From Ostrea edulis (Eukaryota): a DNA stretch of 64,000 nt. Position numbers and translations under genes: made by a program. Of this stretch, positions 59,866-64,000 are shown one piece after another. The notes beneath the pieces were generated by a model that was given only the letters and a program-made list of their open reading frames with translations, did no database searches and was not told where the DNA came from. Location of the stretch: NCBI RefSeq assembly GCF_947568905.1, contig NC_079165.1, positions 102,114,001 to 102,178,000 of the forward strand. Reading direction: 5' to 3'. Numbering within the stretch: the stretch's first letter is position 1; every line of letters starts with the position of its first letter.

Positions 59866-61829
59866 ATGAAATTTTCATACAAAGTAAGAATACTCGTGAA
59901 GAGCTCTCTATTTTACATTCTCGATCCAGCATTGTCTATATATTTTTCTTGTATATTTAAACACTGACTCACCTTAGTTATGTTCAGATGTCCCGTCTTC
60001 TTCAGTTCTGATTCGATTTCTTCTTCATTTTGTGTTCAGCCTCAGTTTCCCACCCTCTATGAAATGTCAGTACATGTATCTATTGTTGTATGAAATTATT
60101 TTCCTTCAGTTTGAAACACAGGAGAAATAGCTGTCAGTTGGCTCAACTTTAAAGCAGTAATTAATACAATGCTGATTTCCAAGAAATGGAATATTTTAAA
60201 TATAGATTAAATTATTGATATAAAGATATTATTTCAAGTCTCATCTACGTCTTAGAAGAACCTTCCAACAACTCGGAAGTTGACCATTGTTTTGACTTCG
60301 ATGCTACAGACTCAGCATTAGAGTCAAGTCAATTGACAGATGTTTTTCTCTTCTGCATGAAATGGAGATTATAAACATTTTCATGTATGACATATAATAT
60401 GTTTTACGGTGTGATCGTTGAGACGAGTGAAGACCCTTTATATTTTGCAACACGAATTTAGACATTTTAAAATCCACCTATTCGTTTAACTGTGGGAAAC
60501 ATAACACAGTCGATGTAAACAGTGCATTGTGACATCATATCAGCTGCAATGTTGTTTTTCTTCCTTTCAAACCAACCAATAACAAATCGTACGAAGGTAA
60601 GAGAAAGCCTGTCTGGAATTTTAATACGATTGTTGTACTTTCCCAACAATTTATTTATTTTATTTACGGGGTTGTCAATGAAGTATACCGCAGTGACGGC
60701 AACATTTTTCCGGATGCATTATGGGTAGTCCTTATCATTTTTCAGCTGATGAAGAGCAAATCACATGATTTACATGTTTCATATTACATATTACTAAACA
60801 TGCAGTGCTGGTTAGTAATATGTACATGTATTTTATATAAGTAATAAATTTGTATTATTTATTTACAAGTATTTAATTGGTATATCAATACTTAATTTTA
60901 GATTATTTTAAGTTTAAAAACACTTCAAAATAATACATTATCACATAATCATTGGAGTGAGCTCTTTGCGATGTGAGCTTTGCTCGCTATTACCAACATG
61001 TTGAAGAGGGTTGCAAACTGGAGATAGGACTCGCAGAAGAAATCAAGCCTATTTGACATAGACGGAACCTAGCTGCAGAACTGTAGCTCTCTGAGAAAAT
61101 TTTTTAATATTGAATTTATGAGACAGCCATGCAAGAATATAGCGATATAAGGCCTCAATCATACACATTTTTTGGTGCACCGTAAATTGAAGGTTTTTAT
61201 AAGGGGTGGATCTGTAGCTCTCTGATCTGTCCCAATATTTTCTCAGATAGGTACAGTTCTGCAGCTTGACAGAACCTTAAAGAAACTGATTATATGTTAC
61301 ATTTAATACAGTTTTCCAACTTACTGGGGGCTGTGTACAGGAAGGGAAACATTCTGTTCGGTCCTGATGGCAACACTATCATAAGTCCTGTGGGAAACAG
61401 AGTCTCCGTTTTTGATTTGAAAAAGTAAGTTGCATGATTTATGTCTCTTGTTTCAAATATTATGAAACAAAACAAAATCTTTTGTTAAGAAGAAAGAATT
61501 AGAATGGATGACCATTTTCTGGCCAGTGCCATACAATCTAAGCATAATAATGCAAATATTGCCATTTGTTTAACTAATTTTTAGCCATGTGATATTTAGC
61601 CAATGTCATTCGTGAAATAAAGATCTGTTCTTTTCTTTTTCTGCATTTAAGAGAATTTTGTATTCTAGTTATGAACTCTTTCGAGAGAAGAATCTCAAAA
61701 CTGACCATGAAACAAGATGTTTTTGTACTTGCAGCAACCAGTCAGAAACTCTCCCCATTGAGAGCAACACTAATGTTACCTGTGTGGCTTTGTCACCAGA
61801 CGGTGTCACCCTCATACTGGTTAATGAAG
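59866..61829 (+). CDS. PWP2: Periodic tryptophan protein 2 homolog (WD40, SSU processome UTP-B); first three coding exons, gene continues beyond the window
   Basis: Exons 59866-59883 (MKFSYK), 61312-61424 (FSNLLGAVYRKGNILFGPDGNTIISPVGNRVSVFDLKN), 61735-61829 (NQSETLPIESNTNVTCVALSPDGVTLILVNE). These match the PWP2 N-terminus MKFAYRFSNLLG...ISPVGNRV.VFDLKN. Confidence 0.92.
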
Positions 61830-61977
61830 GTGAGAGCAACACTAACATTACCTGAGTGGCTTTGTCACCAGACGGTGTCACCCTCATACTGGTTAATGAA
61901 GGTGAGAGCAACACTAACATTACCTGAGTGGCTTTGTCACGAGACGGTGTCCCCTCATACTGGTCAATGAAAGTGAG
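61759..61977 (+). repeat. 72-bp tandem triplication of the PWP2 exon 3 3' part plus donor
   Basis: Units start at 61759, 61831 and 61903; GTGAG donors at 61830, 61902 and 61973. Confidence 0.95.
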
Positions 61978-63805
61978 GCAAGTGGATTCATTATATTTGA
62001 AATACTTGTAAATATTTCTCAGAGAATTATAAGTGTTTGTTATGAAGAGAAAACACATACTGGTACTAATTGTTCGGAATGCTCAGTGGAGAAATTTTCT
62101 TTTGGGTGCATACAATTTGCATATAATAGATGTTGTATAAAGTTTAGAAGGATTTTATTCATGTCAAAACAAATCAGAATTATTTAGTTTGAAAAACTAA
62201 TAATATAGATATTAATAGATATTGTGCCCTCAAAGATGAATGATCAGAAAGATATATATGAGATTGTTGTATTTTGCATTGCTGATTTTTACACTTTAAT
62301 GTCTTTAAGGTTAAAGATTGAGGGCATTTTGATTGTTAGTTTTTCTGCAAGTTTACATTAGTAGCTACTTTTTATACAAAATAAATCTGCATGATTGAAT
62401 TTTGATTGCTATATGTTTTTCGTAGTCTTTGGACTGAAGCTCATCAGAAGCATGATTTCGTAATGCATCTGAGTTTATCTCCCCAAGGTGAACTCTATAT
62501 ATAAAGTTTGTAAAGTGCAAATGTATACAATAAGTTACTCAATTAAATTTTCTGAATTTGGTTGAATATATGATACACCACACACACAAATCAAGTGAAT
62601 AATTAGTATTCAGGGCTCAGTATGAGTGGAAAATTCTCATATGGATTATTGATTGAAATCAAATGAACTGAAGTATTCAGGGAGTAAAGAAACATAACAA
62701 ATGCTTATTTCATATCACATCATGTATACTATATTAACAAGAAAACGGAATGGGTAAGGTGCGTGGAAAAATGGCGGCCAGAAATTTCAGTGTTTACGTC
62801 TTGTAGTGTGTATGACCTTTCCTCTGCTGCTTTGTGGAAGCAAATCAATGTCCTAAATGCACCTCTGCCACAGAAGAGCCCACATATTGAGAAATGGAAA
62901 GATGCTTCTTAATATATATAAAAAATAAGTTTTAACTTCAGGAAGGTATGCCTTGTGATTAATGACCCATGACAATGAAATTTGGAAATTTAGCAGCTCT
63001 TTCTAGAGAACTGGGCATTTTCTGAATATATAGCAGTTAGTATCACAACAATAATTAGATAGCTGAATTTAGTACAAGACTCTGCACATAGGATTAAAAA
63101 AAAAGGAATGTTCAACATAAATCCAGCACTACAGGAAATATTAGGTGGTTAACCAGCTGCGGTCCTAGGTGACTGTCATCATGGACCATCTAAAGCCAAT
63201 GATGACCTGTCAACCAAGTCATAAATAGTGCAGTATTTCCACTGCTGTTAGGTTCCTGTGGATTTGTTTTATACCGCTAGTTTAATGGAATACCTGGAAA
63301 TTTACCTTGAATTTATCTACCTTTACAATGTTGGATAATGTCTATTTATTTATTTCATTGTTACTGTAATCCTGAAATCAGAAAAAAAAGAATACATATA
63401 AATTCAAACTGTAAAATAGTACTATATTGTCATTAGAGTAGTTTTGGTTCAACACTGAGTAAATCATTTAAAGGTACCACTGAAATATATTGGTCAAGGT
63501 TTTTCAAATTTAAAACTTTAACCATGAAGGAGAAAAAGTCACTCATTTCTGCCATTGCACATCATTACTGTATTTAAAATGATGTGGCCCAGTGCTTCTG
63601 TTCATCTGTCAGCACCTTGTGGGGCAAATAAAAACAGTACTTATGAGGCTAGAATAATCAAACTTGCAACAATGTTCCCAATGATTAGAATATTGTCAAG
63701 ATCAAAGGTTAAGGTTAAACTTATTTGAGCAATTTTGTAGACACAAAACAAGACTTGATGTACATATTTCCTATGGTTTGGTGCGAAGTATAATTTGGAA
63801 AGTGA

Positions 63806-63874
63806 TTTTTATGCCCCCCAGATCGGAGGGGGGGGGGGGGGGGGCATATTGTTTTTGTCCTGTCTGTCGTTCTG

Positions 63875-63911
<37 letters not shown>

Positions 63912-63919
63912 AAGTGATA

Positions 63920-63954
<35 letters not shown>

Positions 63955-64000
63955 CAAAACCTTTCCGTGGGTACCAACGTTTTTGACCCCTTGACCTTGG
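63806..64000 (+). mobile_element. Non-autonomous Helitron/HINE-type repeat (same family as 13996-14385), truncated by the window end
   Basis: tttatgccccc..gatc..ggggcatattgtttttgtcctgtctgtc...gagctttgatatttcacatgagtattccttgtgac. Confidence 0.8.

Noticed and set aside
61669-62058. 129-aa minus-strand ORF with repeats
   Set aside because: Antisense reading of the PWP2 exon 3 triplication.

Overview
AT-rich eukaryotic genomic DNA, most likely from an oyster (Ostreidae), inferred from its SINE and Helitron/Cg170-like repeat content. It holds four recognisable protein-coding loci. (1) An intronless single-cysteine-cluster Toll-like receptor on the minus strand (14409-16532), with one in-frame TAA between its transmembrane helix and TIR domain. 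(2) A 17-exon TRAP1 (mitochondrial HSP90, + strand, 25578-50825, about 716 aa) with a 13-kb last intron. (3) A 3-exon ATP6V0C (minus strand, 53957-59572). (4) The first three coding exons of PWP2 (+ strand, from 59866), head-to-head with ATP6V0C. The remainder is nested transposons (Penelope-like and non-LTR RT remnants, SINEs, TIR elements with 5-, 6-, 8- and 10-bp TSDs, Helitron-type elements), minisatellites and hairpins. The most unusual pattern is that at least five tandem duplications or arrays in TRAP1 and PWP2 are built from splice junctions themselves (exon end plus donor, a whole exon, or acceptor plus exon start). They leave many decoy splice sites, some of which are inactivated or lead to premature stops. 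All coordinates and translations were read by eye; no searches or computations were run.
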